64,000 nucleotides of DNA. Origin: Candidatus Cloacimonadales bacterium. Lineage in GTDB: Bacteria > Cloacimonadota > Cloacimonadia > Cloacimonadales > JAFGVF01. This document shows, one piece after another, positions 21,001-30,393 of the stretch. Made by a program: the position numbers and the translations under genes. The stretch lies in assembly GCA_963662585.1 (NCBI GenBank), contig OY759729.1:1312001-1376000 (forward strand), given 5' to 3'. Positions within the stretch are counted from its first letter, which is position 1. Every line of letters begins with the position of its first letter. Under the pieces are notes generated by a model that saw only the letters and a list, made by a program, of their open reading frames with translations, was not told where the DNA came from and ran no database searches.

Positions 21001-21833
21001 GCTCTAATTGAGGCGTTATGAAAAGCCTTAGGAGCGCCAAAAATTACTAAAATAACCATTCCTTTATCAGAGTAATCTACTTTATTGAAGTAACCTCCAT
21101 AGCGCAGAGATAAATCCATAACCCTTATTATAAATCTATCCTTATCTTCTGAATCTTCAAAAGCAATAAAGCAACTAACTACTTTTCTAAACTCACCTAT
21201 TTTATCATGATTTCTTAAAATTGGAGGTAAAAACAAATCATAATTTTTATAAATAACATCCTTATACTCAATGCTCTTCTGATCTGTTTCATGCCCCTTA
21301 TTACTTACAGGAAAAGAGTAGTTTACTTCCCCTCTACTAGCTTTCATTATAGCTTGAATAGCTGAATCAACACCACAACCTGAGAAAAGATAGGTTGAAT
21401 AATAATCAGACTTAAAAATATCAAGACAGACCTCTCCAAAGCCAACCCCGACTTTGATAGAGATAAGAAAAGAAAGTTCAAAATTGTTCTCAGAATTATA
21501 GTCATCTACTGAAGTGATTATTTGAGAAGTTAGTTTGGGAAAATCAATATGAGCAATTTCATTATCCGGGAAAATTGCTATAAAAGAATCACCTGCGAAT
21601 GATGAAATAAATCCGTGATGTTCTTCAATAATTGTGATTAGAGGTTCAAAGAGTTTTCTAATTATCTTAGCAAGTTCTTCTGCCCCTGCAGAGCCCCTAT
21701 CCATTAAGAGTTGGGTTAATTCAGTAAATCCTGAAATATCAATAATCAAGATATGGGCGAATAACTCTTTTCTATACTTACCCTTTATAAATTCATTTAA
21801 TACAAAATCTGGAACAAAACTTTTATATTTCAT
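18045..21833 (-). CDS. Tandem class III nucleotidyl cyclase domains + STAND/AAA ATPase + TPR repeats (soluble adenylyl cyclase-like architecture)
   Basis: IIDISGFT and FAGDS; second domain DKG...FGAP and EYTVLGMSVNLSA; FVGREEQL; Walker A GDEGIGKT; SKGNPFYIEQ; TPR-like C-terminus. Confidence 0.88.
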   Translation of the reverse strand: MKYKSFVPDFVLNEFIKGKYRKELFAHILIIDISGFTELTQLLMDRGSAGAEELAKIIRKLFEPLITIIEEHHGFISSFAGDSFIAIFPDNEIAHIDFPKLTSQIITSVDDYNSENNFELSFLISIKVGVGFGEVCLDIFKSDYYSTYLFSGCGVDSAIQAIMKASRGEVNYSFPVSNKGHETDQKSIEYKDVIYKNYDLFLPPILRNHDKIGEFRKVVSCFIAFEDSEDKDRFIIRVMDLSLRYGGYFNKVDYSDKGMVILVIFGAPKAFHNASIRACNFALEVRNYHANVSRIGISYGEAYAGFVGSNTRGEYTVLGMSVNLSAQMAIQASNNEILVDKYIYNKARKNFKIIMKGYRNYKGFQAKVPTYVLTAPKYISEFLSFNNKFVGREEQLVSISNKINDSTSKVVSKILNIYGDEGIGKTRIVAELVNLLGKTNYSWVYMECDSVLRQNYNPLLSFFKYYFKIIDSDDYQVNRNKIVKIIDSLAQNVSNKTLIHELNSGISLFENLLGIKEFLADNVDSEIIKNRYENTLYAVTNIFRLLSLNLPTVMIIDNFDSIDPESYNFLRYFYPLIKDYPITIIILSRNQQINLFDDLGISQENKCFELSNLNQNDSIKMVKSFLYDDLEDNIKITDKLLTRIIEQSKGNPFYIEQIVSYIKRGKLLNEDKYLLEDTFSIPDTIEAMIIERIDKLDDILKKVVKVATVLGNKFDKRILQEMMGGNDISRFLAEGEIENLWYPALEFNYVFRNTIYRDCIYKLLLVSQSVNIHKKAVISMEKIYQDNIHNHFEELIYNSINGELLEKSIHYLRLAIDDSIKYHKYGAALKYCLQLLEYIKANNINDEEIMIDTKLKIVEVNLEESRLDISNQGIEELEAIIKPNTVHWFKLNYLKAKALFVQEKYKELVAFTQEIIELYEGSEYKIHLTIYYLDSLRYLNRGEEFEKISIELLDKYLDSDNDLYISRIANLLGVYFMEKSKYYDALHYFKLNLNLIESLNTSDLMASGAHNIGVMTYHLGDKYQAKSYYLKALKYSEETGNRITKCRIMSDLAMLEYNEKNVSESLSLLLEALEIARLSLNTNQVSRILYNLALIHISKNENEKALNYALECRDIGVLMNNLRTQSFVNNIIAQIYIKSGKYLLAYDLIKENISHQNSIDDLEGVANSYGLLGILNKEQKKYSDAAQNFADEFKILNSLGSKHSEGIALFNWATCDLELKRIAEAKTKLNEALAVFTKCNYESGIKKVNDLIATLVTSEVKK

Positions 21834-21876
21834 CTATCTCCCAAGTATTTAGTCTTTCATTAATCTTGTGTAAAAT

Positions 21877-21898
21877 ACAACCCTCGGCTGAGGGTTGT
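21877..21898 (-). terminator. Hairpin terminator after the repeat protein gene
   Basis: ACAACCCTC-GGCT-GAGGGTTGT, followed on the minus strand by ATTTT. Confidence 0.65.
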
Positions 21899-21933
21899 TT
21901 ATTACACATATATGCTTTATTATGGAGAGAAGA

Positions 21934-24915
21934 TTATTTAGTCAATATAATTTTTCTTGTAATATGAATATTCTTTTGTTCCAATCTAACAAAATAGATA
22001 CCTGAAGCAACTCTAGAGCCTCTATTGTTATCTCCATTCCAGATAACACTATGACTTCCTATAGCTCTCTTTTCATTAAGTAAAGATTTAACAACTTGTC
22101 CTTTTAAGTTATATATTTTAACATTAACAATACCTTCTTCTGCAACATTGAAAAGAATATTAGTTGTAGGATTGAAAGGATTAGGATAGTTACTCAAGCA
22201 AACTTCAGAATTTACTGCAGGAGTATAATCTTTATTTCCAACAAATTCAAATACCCCAAGATCTGGTATTGTACCATCACTATCTGGTGTTTCTACAGGA
22301 TCACCTGCATCAATACAAGGAGATGAAGGATTTAATTGATACTCAGCAAATTTATCTATAAAATCGCTCTTATCGGCATCATCATCAATATTACCTACAA
22401 AGTCTGGAACTTCGTTTATGTTAGCAATACCAGGATATATCTCGCCATCAGGTAATGAAATATTGTTATAACGAGCATCAATATAATCGTAATTTTGGAC
22501 AATGTTATTACCAGGATTTTCTTTCCAAATAATGTTATTAACCAATTCTGATGGTGTATAACGGGAAGATAAACCTTTATCGTAATTAACTATAGTATTA
22601 TGCTTCATAATATTGTTATCAATATTAGTAACATCAACACCTTTAGAGTTATTCTTGTGATAAGTGATGAATACTAGATTTCTGTTAATTGTACTTACAG
22701 AATTTGTACCACTAACTGCTATCGCAGGATCACATGATTTTACAACATTATTATTAATGATAGCATCAATTTTACCTGTAAAATCAATACCTTTATAATT
22801 ACCTCTTCTTGCTTCTGTTTGATAGATTTCAGTATGTTCAACTTTTGCTTCAACTGAGGTATTATAGTTATTTTTCAAGTAGATTGATTTATCAAAATCT
22901 GTGATGTGCCCATTATCTACAAAGAGATTAACTGCTCCTTTAAAGTAGAGAGCTTTTGAATTTGCTCTTTCATTATTATTATCATTACTTATAACTGCGT
23001 TTAAAATATTTGCATTAACAGGTGTTGATCCTGAAACGAAATATATAGCATTATCGTAATTTTGGATATTTATAGTATCAATATTTATAGAGTTATCACC
23101 TTTTGATTTAATTCCATAATTATTTCTAGCAGATACATTGTTAGGTAATAAGATATCAGTTAAAGTTTGTTCACCTTCAGATTTGAATTCAAATCCTATA
23201 TCATAGTTTTCAACTTCAATGTTATTAGCAGTAAGGCTAATTTTACCATCTATGGTGATACCATTAGTATTACCTCTTACATTGTTTTTCCAGCTATCTG
23301 GTGAGTAATAAATTCTTATTACATCCATAGTTGGAGTTGTTGGTTCGTGTCCGTCGTCCTCATCACCATCACCATCTGCATCTGCTTTGATTGTTATACC
23401 TTCATCATAGTTTTCAATTTCAACATCTGTAAAGGCAGGATTAATTTTACCATCTACAACAATAGCTTTTGTAGTAACACTTCTATTACTTTTCCAGCTA
23501 TCTGGTGAGTAATAAATTCTTATAACATCCATAGTAGGGGTAGTTGGTTCGTGCCCGTCGTCCTCATCGCCATCACCATCTGCATCAACTTTGATTGTGA
23601 TACCTTCATCATAGTTTTCTATTTCAACATCTGTAAAGGCAGGATTAATTTTACCATCTACAACAATAGCTTTTGTAGTAACACTTCTATTACTTTTCCA
23701 GCTATCTGGTGAGTAATAAATTCTTATAACATCCATAGTAGGGGTAGTTGGTTCGTGTCCGTCGTCCTCATCACCATCACCATCTGCATCAACTTTGATT
23801 GTGATACCTTCATCATAGTTTTCTATTTCAACATCTGTAAAGGCAGGATTTACTTCACCTTCAACATAGATTCCTTTAGTAGTAACTGTTCGGTCACTTT
23901 TCCAGCTATCTGGTGAGTAATAAATTCTTATAACATCCATTGTAGGAGTAGTTGGTTCGTGTCCGTCGTCCTCATCACCATCACCATCTGTATCAGCTTT
24001 AATAGTGATACCTTCATCATAGTTTTCTATTTCAATATTAGTAAATACAGGATTTACTTCACCTTCAACATAGATTCCTTTAGTAGTAACTGTTCGGTCA
24101 TCTTTCCAGCTATCTGGTGAGTAATAAATTCTTATAACATCCATAGTTGGTGTAGTTGGTTCGTGTCCGTCGTCCTCATCCCCGTCACCATCTGTATCAG
24201 CTTTAATAGTGATACCTTCATCATAGTTTTCTATTTCAATATTAGTAAGAGTTGGCTCAACCTTAGTATCCATATAGATACCTTTTGTAGTAACAGTTCT
24301 ATTATTCTTCCAACTATCTGGTGAATAATATATTCTTATAACATCCATAGTAGGGGTAGTAGGTTCATGTCCGTCATCTTCATCACCATCACCACCTGTA
24401 TCAGCTTTAATGGTAACACCAGTCATATATCCATAGATATCTACATGATTAATTTCAGATTGATTTCCATCACCAATATAGAGTCCTTCTTCAAAATCAT
24501 TTGTTCCATAACCAATAATATTAGTATAATCAACATAATTTGTTTTGTAAAGGGATAATCCTTTACCAGCACCGATGATATTTGTAAAAGTGAAATTACT
24601 ACCTTCAGAGTGGACTTCAATTCCTTGCCAAATTGTTGTTTCAGAGAGACCTTGAATATAGACAAGATTATCTTCAACACCATTAACACTTAAAATTCCG
24701 TAAGCAGTAATACTTGCATCTTCAATAACTAATACTGTGACTCCAGGATCAATTGTTAATGTTTCTCCTTGAGGAATTTCAATATCAGTAGTGATAATGT
24801 AAGGACTGCCCTCTTCATTCCAATTACCATAATTAGAATTTTCTTCAATTAAAGTTTCGGAGAAGAGCCCTAAAGTTAAAAGTAAAAGACTAAATAATAA
24901 TAAAAACTTTTTCAT
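21934..24915 (-). CDS. Secreted beta-helix-like protein with six 68-aa repeats and C-terminal FlgD-Ig/T9SS-CTD-like domain
   Basis: Signal peptide; W...GSPY...LTIDPGV N-terminus; repeats; SPCIDAGDP...DLG; LSNYPNPFNPTT...KIYNLKGQ...ASGIYF tail. Confidence 0.85.
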   Translation of the reverse strand: MKKFLLLFSLLLLTLGLFSETLIEENSNYGNWNEEGSPYIITTDIEIPQGETLTIDPGVTVLVIEDASITAYGILSVNGVEDNLVYIQGLSETTIWQGIEVHSEGSNFTFTNIIGAGKGLSLYKTNYVDYTNIIGYGTNDFEEGLYIGDGNQSEINHVDIYGYMTGVTIKADTGGDGDEDDGHEPTTPTMDVIRIYYSPDSWKNNRTVTTKGIYMDTKVEPTLTNIEIENYDEGITIKADTDGDGDEDDGHEPTTPTMDVIRIYYSPDSWKDDRTVTTKGIYVEGEVNPVFTNIEIENYDEGITIKADTDGDGDEDDGHEPTTPTMDVIRIYYSPDSWKSDRTVTTKGIYVEGEVNPAFTDVEIENYDEGITIKVDADGDGDEDDGHEPTTPTMDVIRIYYSPDSWKSNRSVTTKAIVVDGKINPAFTDVEIENYDEGITIKVDADGDGDEDDGHEPTTPTMDVIRIYYSPDSWKSNRSVTTKAIVVDGKINPAFTDVEIENYDEGITIKADADGDGDEDDGHEPTTPTMDVIRIYYSPDSWKNNVRGNTNGITIDGKISLTANNIEVENYDIGFEFKSEGEQTLTDILLPNNVSARNNYGIKSKGDNSINIDTINIQNYDNAIYFVSGSTPVNANILNAVISNDNNNERANSKALYFKGAVNLFVDNGHITDFDKSIYLKNNYNTSVEAKVEHTEIYQTEARRGNYKGIDFTGKIDAIINNNVVKSCDPAIAVSGTNSVSTINRNLVFITYHKNNSKGVDVTNIDNNIMKHNTIVNYDKGLSSRYTPSELVNNIIWKENPGNNIVQNYDYIDARYNNISLPDGEIYPGIANINEVPDFVGNIDDDADKSDFIDKFAEYQLNPSSPCIDAGDPVETPDSDGTIPDLGVFEFVGNKDYTPAVNSEVCLSNYPNPFNPTTNILFNVAEEGIVNVKIYNLKGQVVKSLLNEKRAIGSHSVIWNGDNNRGSRVASGIYFVRLEQKNIHITRKIILTK
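23280..24420 (-). repeat. Intragenic 204-bp tandem repeat, six copies
   Basis: Anchor CA(G/A)CTATCTGGTGA recurs at 23291, 23495, 23699, 23903, 24107 and 24311, an exact 204-nt period. Confidence 0.95.
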
Positions 24916-24972
24916 AATATCCTCATTTATAGGTTTATTTTTTTAATTTTTCGATTTCATAGTTTATTATAA

Positions 24973-24988
24973 TGCAAGATAGCTTCCA
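24973..24988 (-). promoter_or_regulatory. Sigma54 (-24/-12) promoter for the repeat protein
   Basis: Minus strand TGGAAGCTATCTTGCA = GG-N10-GC, about 60 nt upstream of the ATG; a sigma54 activator gene is adjacent. Confidence 0.7.
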
Positions 24989-25075
24989 TAAGTTTTTCTA
25001 ATAACATATATTTTTTAAATTAATATATTCTAGAAACTTACAGTATTTTTTTATGAAATTAACAGTCTAAATTTT

Positions 25076-25111
25076 CTTCTCAAAACATAATAATGAGGCA
25101 ATTTTGAGAAG
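25076..25111. promoter_or_regulatory. Inverted repeat, candidate enhancer (UAS) for the adjacent activator
   Basis: CTTCTCAAAA-N16-TTTTGAGAAG, about 90-120 nt upstream of the -24 box. Confidence 0.4.
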
Positions 25112-25124
25112 TTTCACACATTTG

Positions 25125-26483
25125 TCACAGTTCGACAATATTCAACTCAGACATCTTACGATAGAGTGTCTTTCTATTTATTTTTAGTTCTTTAGCAGTT
25201 TCACTTTTGTTATGGTTACACTTATCTAAAGTTTCTAAAATCAATCTTTTTTCAGTTTCTTTTAGGACCTCGTACAATCCGGCATCATCACTTAAAAGAG
25301 TATTTTTTCTTTGGTAATAATTCTTTATGGAAAGATGTTCGGGGAGAATAGTTGTTCCTGGACAGTATAAAACAGCAGTAAATATGATATGATTAAATTC
25401 TCTAATATTTCCTTTCCAATAATAAGAATTAAGCACTTCCACAGCTACTGGTGAGATAGCTGATACATTTTTATTGAGTTCTTTATTTGCCTTATTAATA
25501 AAATACAAGGAAAGTTTTTCAAAATCTTCATTTCTATCATTTAGTTCAGGAATTTCTAGTAGTACTTCATTCAATCGATAGTAAAGGTCTTCTCTAAATA
25601 AGCCTTTTTTAATTAAGGGTTCAACCTGTTCATTAGTAGTAGCTATGATTCTAAAATCAGCATGAACCTCTTTATTACTACCTATTGGATAGAATTTCTT
25701 CTCTTGGATAGCTCTGAGCAATTTAGCTTGACTACTAAGGGGAAGATTTGTTATTTCATCTAAAAGAATAGTTCCTTGATCAGCTAATTCGAATTTGCCT
25801 TTATGTCCATTTGCTCCAGTAAAAGCACCTTTAGCACTACCAAAGAGTTCATTTTCAATCAAGTTTTCTGGGATAGCACCACAATCTACAGCAACAAAGG
25901 GCTTATCAGCTCTTTTACTATGCTGGAAGAGCATTTTAGAAAAAACTTCTTTTCCTGTACCACTTTTCCCAGTAATAAAGACATTAAGATTGGTAGGAGC
26001 AAGCACTTTTATCCTTCTTACTAATTCATTAATAATAGTACTTTCTCCTATGTAGATATCATCTGCATCATCTGTGAGTAAATAGTTGTTCTTACTACCG
26101 ATTAATTTATCTATCAGTTGTAAAAGCTTATTTTTTTTGACTGGCTTTAATAAAAAGTCAGCTATTCCATATCTCATCACTTTAATAACATCAGTTATCC
26201 TAGAAGTTCCTGATATAACAACAATCTCTGTATTAAGCGAAATCTCCCTACACACAGGTATTAAATCAATCCCTGAGTCTTGTCCCATATATATATCTAA
26301 CAACATGACATCGATCTCTTCACTCTCGAGAAAAGATCTCGCCTCATAGTTGTTAGAAGCACAAAATATAGAGAAATTACTATTGGAGAGAAAGTCCGTG
26401 AAGAGTTTTAGAATAACTACTTCATCATCTACTATTAATATATTTGCTCTACTATTCTCTTTAATGTTTTTATTCATATTCAT
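25125..26483 (-). CDS. NtrC-family sigma54-dependent response regulator (REC-AAA-Fis HTH)
   Basis: ILIVDDE and LLDIYM receiver; GKSGTGKE; GAFTGA; LLDEI; FREDLYYRL; NKSETAKELKINRKTLYRK. Confidence 0.95.
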   Translation of the reverse strand: MNMNKNIKENSRANILIVDDEVVILKLFTDFLSNSNFSIFCASNNYEARSFLESEEIDVMLLDIYMGQDSGIDLIPVCREISLNTEIVVISGTSRITDVIKVMRYGIADFLLKPVKKNKLLQLIDKLIGSKNNYLLTDDADDIYIGESTIINELVRRIKVLAPTNLNVFITGKSGTGKEVFSKMLFQHSKRADKPFVAVDCGAIPENLIENELFGSAKGAFTGANGHKGKFELADQGTILLDEITNLPLSSQAKLLRAIQEKKFYPIGSNKEVHADFRIIATTNEQVEPLIKKGLFREDLYYRLNEVLLEIPELNDRNEDFEKLSLYFINKANKELNKNVSAISPVAVEVLNSYYWKGNIREFNHIIFTAVLYCPGTTILPEHLSIKNYYQRKNTLLSDDAGLYEVLKETEKRLILETLDKCNHNKSETAKELKINRKTLYRKMSELNIVEL

Positions 26484-26581
26484 ATTTTCCGATTATAAGT
26501 TTTTATTGTCAAGATAATATTTTACCCAATGTAATTTTAGTAAATATTTTACTCATTAAATAATTACGATTTAGCAAGTTA

Positions 26582-29176
26582 TTAAATCATTTTAATTAAG
26601 TTTTTTGCTACTTTAATTGCTTCAGGAATCTTTGCAAGATCTTTACCACCTGCCATTGCTGAGTCTGCTCTTCCTCCACCTTTTCCACCCAGAATAGCAG
26701 CTAATTGCCCAACAATTTTACCAGCATGATAGCTCTTGGTTAAATTAGGAGTAACTACTGTAAGCAGAGATACTTTATCTTCAAATCTAGCAATTAGCAC
26801 ACCAATACCAGATTTCAGTTTATCTTTTAATTGATCCCCAAGAGTTCTTAAATCATTAGGGTTATCTACTTTAACTTCGCTAACAACAAGTGTTATATCA
26901 TCAATTATTTCAGCTTTTGCAATTAGATCGTTGATTATAGACGAACCCTCTTTTGCTTTTAATTCTTCAATTTCTCTTTTTAATTCTCGACTCTCATCTA
27001 AGAGCTTTTCTATTTTTTCTTCTATATTTTTATCATTTGCATTAACAAGTGCTTTTATAGTGTCTAGTTTTCCTTCTTGATTGCGTAGATATTCCATAAC
27101 TTTATCACCTGTTATGGCTTCAATTCTTCTAATACCTGCAGCAGAAGAAGATTCAGTCAGTATTTTGAAAGAAGCAATTTCACCTGTTGATTTAACATGA
27201 GTTCCCCCACAAAGTTCCATGGAGAAATCTGCAACTGAAACAACTCTCACTTCATCACCATATTTTTCTCCAAAGAGAGCCATTGCTCCTGATTCTTTTG
27301 CTTCTTCAATCGACTTAACTTCAACTGAGACTTTGTTATTGCTTCTAATTTGAGCATTAACAATATCTTCTACTTGAGTTATCTCTTGAGGGGTTAAACC
27401 ATTAAAATGAGTAAAATCAAATCTTAAGCCTTTGTTATCAACTAAAGAACCTTTTTGTTGCACATGAGAGCCCAAAACGCTTCTAAGAGCTGAATGAAGT
27501 AGATGAGTTGCAGTATGGTTAGAGGCAATATCTCTGCGAAGGCTTTGAGTAACACTTGCTTGAACTTTCCCTCCAATTATCATCCCAGAAATAAGTTTTC
27601 CGATATGAATCCAAGCTCCTGAGACTTTCTTAACATCGAATACTTTTACCAAGAAGTCCTTGTTCTTAATTTCGCCTTTATCACCAGTTTGTCCGCCTGA
27701 TTCAGCATAGAATGGAGTTTTATCCAGCACTATTTTAACTATCTTCTTTTCATCAATAGCGTAGCGTAAGATGGTGCTTTCAGAGGTTAATGATTCATAG
27801 CCGATAAAATCAGTTTGTTGATTTTTTTCCACAAACACCCATTCAGTGTCATCAACATCCATAGAAAATTTAGAGTTTTGTCTAGCTCTTTCTTTCTGTT
27901 CTTCCATTGCCAGATTAAAGCCTTGCATATCAACAAATAGTCCTCTCTCCTCAGCTAAAATAGTTGTTAAATCTACTGGAAAGCCAAAAGTATCATATAA
28001 GGTAAAAGCTTCTTTACCTGGAATTATCTTATTTTCTAAGTTATTAGCAATGTCTTCAAATCTCTCTAACCCCTTATCTAAAGTCTGATTAAATCTCTCT
28101 TCTTCAGCCTTGATAATCATTATTATATAGTCTCTCTTATCGTTAAGTTCACTAAAATGATCACCCATAACATCGATAACAGAATCAACTAATTTATATA
28201 AGAAAGGTTCTTTAAGACCAATTTTTCTACCATATCGGGCAGCTCTTCTGAGAATTCTTCTGAGAACATAACCTCTTCCCTCATTAGAAGGCATTCCACC
28301 ATCTCCCAAGGCAAAAGTTAAACATCTGATATGATCTGCTATAACCCTATGTGGAATTGAGGTTTCAGGATCGTAAGCAACCTTAGAAATCCTACTAATC
28401 TCATTAATAATTGGCATAAAGAGATCAGTATGATAATTTGAATCTTTGCCTTGAAGAATCTGACAAATTCTCTCGAAACCTGAACCAGTATCAACATGAG
28501 TCTTCTTTAGAGGTGTTAAACTACCATCAAGCTCACGATAATATTGCATAAAGACGAGATTCCAAATTTCCATATAGCGATGGCAATCACCATTTACATC
28601 GCACTTATGTTCACCTTCAACACCACAGAAATCTGTGCCACGATCATAATGAATTTCTGAACATGGTCCGCAAGGTCCTGTTTCACCCATCTCCCAAAAG
28701 TTGTCTTTATCGCCATGATAAGAAATATGAGAAGGGTCAATATCTGTTAACTCTTTCCAGAGGTCATAAGCTTCTTGGTCAGAATCATGAACAGAAGCAT
28801 AAAGTCTTGATTTATCTAATTTCCAAACATCGGTTATTAGTTCCCAGGCCCAAGTAATAGCCTCTTTTTTGTAATAATCACCAAAAGACCAATTTCCTAA
28901 CATTTCAAAGAAAGTATGATGATATCCATCTTTTCCCACTTCATCCAAGTCGTTATGTTTTCCACCTGCTCTAATACACTTTTGAGAATTAACAGCCCGC
29001 AAATATTTTGCTTCTACTTTATCTAAAAATATATCTTTAAATTGATTCATCCCTGCATTAATAAATAGAAGGGTTGGATCATCTTGAGGAATCACCGGTG
29101 ATGATGGAACAAAGGTATGACCCTTGGACTTAAAAAAATCTATAAATTGAGCTCTGATTTCGCTACTCTTTTTCAT
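26582..29176 (-). CDS. alaS: Alanine--tRNA ligase
   Basis: DPTLLFINAGMNQFK, HHTFFEMLGNWSFGDYYK, HTATHLLH, ELCGGTHV, GKGGG. Confidence 0.98.
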   Translation of the reverse strand: MKKSSEIRAQFIDFFKSKGHTFVPSSPVIPQDDPTLLFINAGMNQFKDIFLDKVEAKYLRAVNSQKCIRAGGKHNDLDEVGKDGYHHTFFEMLGNWSFGDYYKKEAITWAWELITDVWKLDKSRLYASVHDSDQEAYDLWKELTDIDPSHISYHGDKDNFWEMGETGPCGPCSEIHYDRGTDFCGVEGEHKCDVNGDCHRYMEIWNLVFMQYYRELDGSLTPLKKTHVDTGSGFERICQILQGKDSNYHTDLFMPIINEISRISKVAYDPETSIPHRVIADHIRCLTFALGDGGMPSNEGRGYVLRRILRRAARYGRKIGLKEPFLYKLVDSVIDVMGDHFSELNDKRDYIIMIIKAEEERFNQTLDKGLERFEDIANNLENKIIPGKEAFTLYDTFGFPVDLTTILAEERGLFVDMQGFNLAMEEQKERARQNSKFSMDVDDTEWVFVEKNQQTDFIGYESLTSESTILRYAIDEKKIVKIVLDKTPFYAESGGQTGDKGEIKNKDFLVKVFDVKKVSGAWIHIGKLISGMIIGGKVQASVTQSLRRDIASNHTATHLLHSALRSVLGSHVQQKGSLVDNKGLRFDFTHFNGLTPQEITQVEDIVNAQIRSNNKVSVEVKSIEEAKESGAMALFGEKYGDEVRVVSVADFSMELCGGTHVKSTGEIASFKILTESSSAAGIRRIEAITGDKVMEYLRNQEGKLDTIKALVNANDKNIEEKIEKLLDESRELKREIEELKAKEGSSIINDLIAKAEIIDDITLVVSEVKVDNPNDLRTLGDQLKDKLKSGIGVLIARFEDKVSLLTVVTPNLTKSYHAGKIVGQLAAILGGKGGGRADSAMAGGKDLAKIPEAIKVAKNLIKMI

Positions 29177-29763
29177 AATTTAGTCTCCGTAAAGTTATTA
29201 ATATTAATCTATTGTAACAAGGAAGAAAAAGCCCTAATTGTGTCAAGGAAAAAGGAGATTTACATCTCGATTATGCTTCTTAACTTCCATCAAATTCAAT
29301 CATAATCTAGAGGAATTACCAAAACTAACATTCTGACATATCCAAGTTTGTTAAATCAAAAAAACTTTTCATGTTACTTTATAGACTAGTTATTTTTCTA
29401 ATTAAAACCATAGAGAATTGTGATTCAGTAAATTGTTAAAATGCTTCCGTAGTAGTTATAAATCCATTGCATATGGAGAATGATACTAATCTAGAAAATA
29501 AAATAAAATAAAAAAAATAAAATAGAAGAGATAGTATTTATATTAAGATCATGTATATAATTCAAAAAATAATATCCTAACACTATTATTATTATTATGT
29601 TAGAGAAACATAGAAGTGCATTATTTAATCAATGTTTCCATTTATAATACTCAGCAGAAACTAGGAACAAGACGCACACTTACGTTTTTTTGAGCTGGTA
29701 TTAACTCCCCGCAACTCTTGTTTTCTATCATAATGCAGTAAGATTTCTTAACATTACTAATGA

Positions 29764-30393
29764 TTAGTTATTAGAAAATATATTCTCAATGACTTTAGGT
29801 AACTTAGGGATAATTCTTACTTCTATCCTTCTGTCATTTTGGCTATAATAGCTTTCACTATCTTTATTTGAGTCTTTTTTAGGTTTTTCCGATCCGTATG
29901 AAGCTTGAACAATATCTACATTCTTTTTTAACTGATCATCTAAATTAAGTTTTATCTGTTTAACGAAAGATCTTGCCCTATTTAAACCCAATTTGTAATT
30001 ATCATAACCAAATTCATCTCCAGACCTATCGGTATGCCCTTCAACAATTATACAATACTTTTTATATCTATCATTATTTATAAGAAAATCATTCAATGCT
30101 TTGGAGAACTTTACCGCAAATGCTATCCCTTCATCATTCAACTCAGATTTAGATATACTGAATAAAATAGATTCATTAATAATAATCTTATTCTCCATTT
30201 TTACATATTCAATGTTAGGTATATTTTCCAATAAATAACTAATATCATTAAACTCTTTTAACTCTTCGTCTTCAAATTGTTTTATTGTAAAAAAAAATAT
30301 ATAAAATAGAACTAAGAAAATAAAAAACAATGAAAGAAAAATATCAACAAAAGAAGCCCAATAATTGATATCATTTTCAGATTCGTACATCAT
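29764..30393 (-). CDS. MotB/ZorB-like protein: single TM plus OmpA-like peptidoglycan-binding domain
   Basis: YWASFVDIFLSLFFIF (W...D TM), ILFSISKSEL, VEGHTD, NYKLGLNRA, SYGSEKP, NDRRIEV. Confidence 0.85.
   Translation of the reverse strand: MMYESENDINYWASFVDIFLSLFFIFLVLFYIFFFTIKQFEDEELKEFNDISYLLENIPNIEYVKMENKIIINESILFSISKSELNDEGIAFAVKFSKALNDFLINNDRYKKYCIIVEGHTDRSGDEFGYDNYKLGLNRARSFVKQIKLNLDDQLKKNVDIVQASYGSEKPKKDSNKDSESYYSQNDRRIEVRIIPKLPKVIENIFSNN

Noticed and set aside
23280..24420. DGR template/variable repeat pair
   Set aside because: These are in-frame tandem coding repeats with largely synonymous or conservative differences, not adenine-specific ones; the only RT in the window is intron-encoded.
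29640..29763. attC site or terminal repeat at the island's downstream end
   Set aside because: Only a weak AACAAGA/TCTTGTT pairing; no convincing RYYYAAC...GTTRRRY box structure, no integrase, and no direct repeat matching the other flank.
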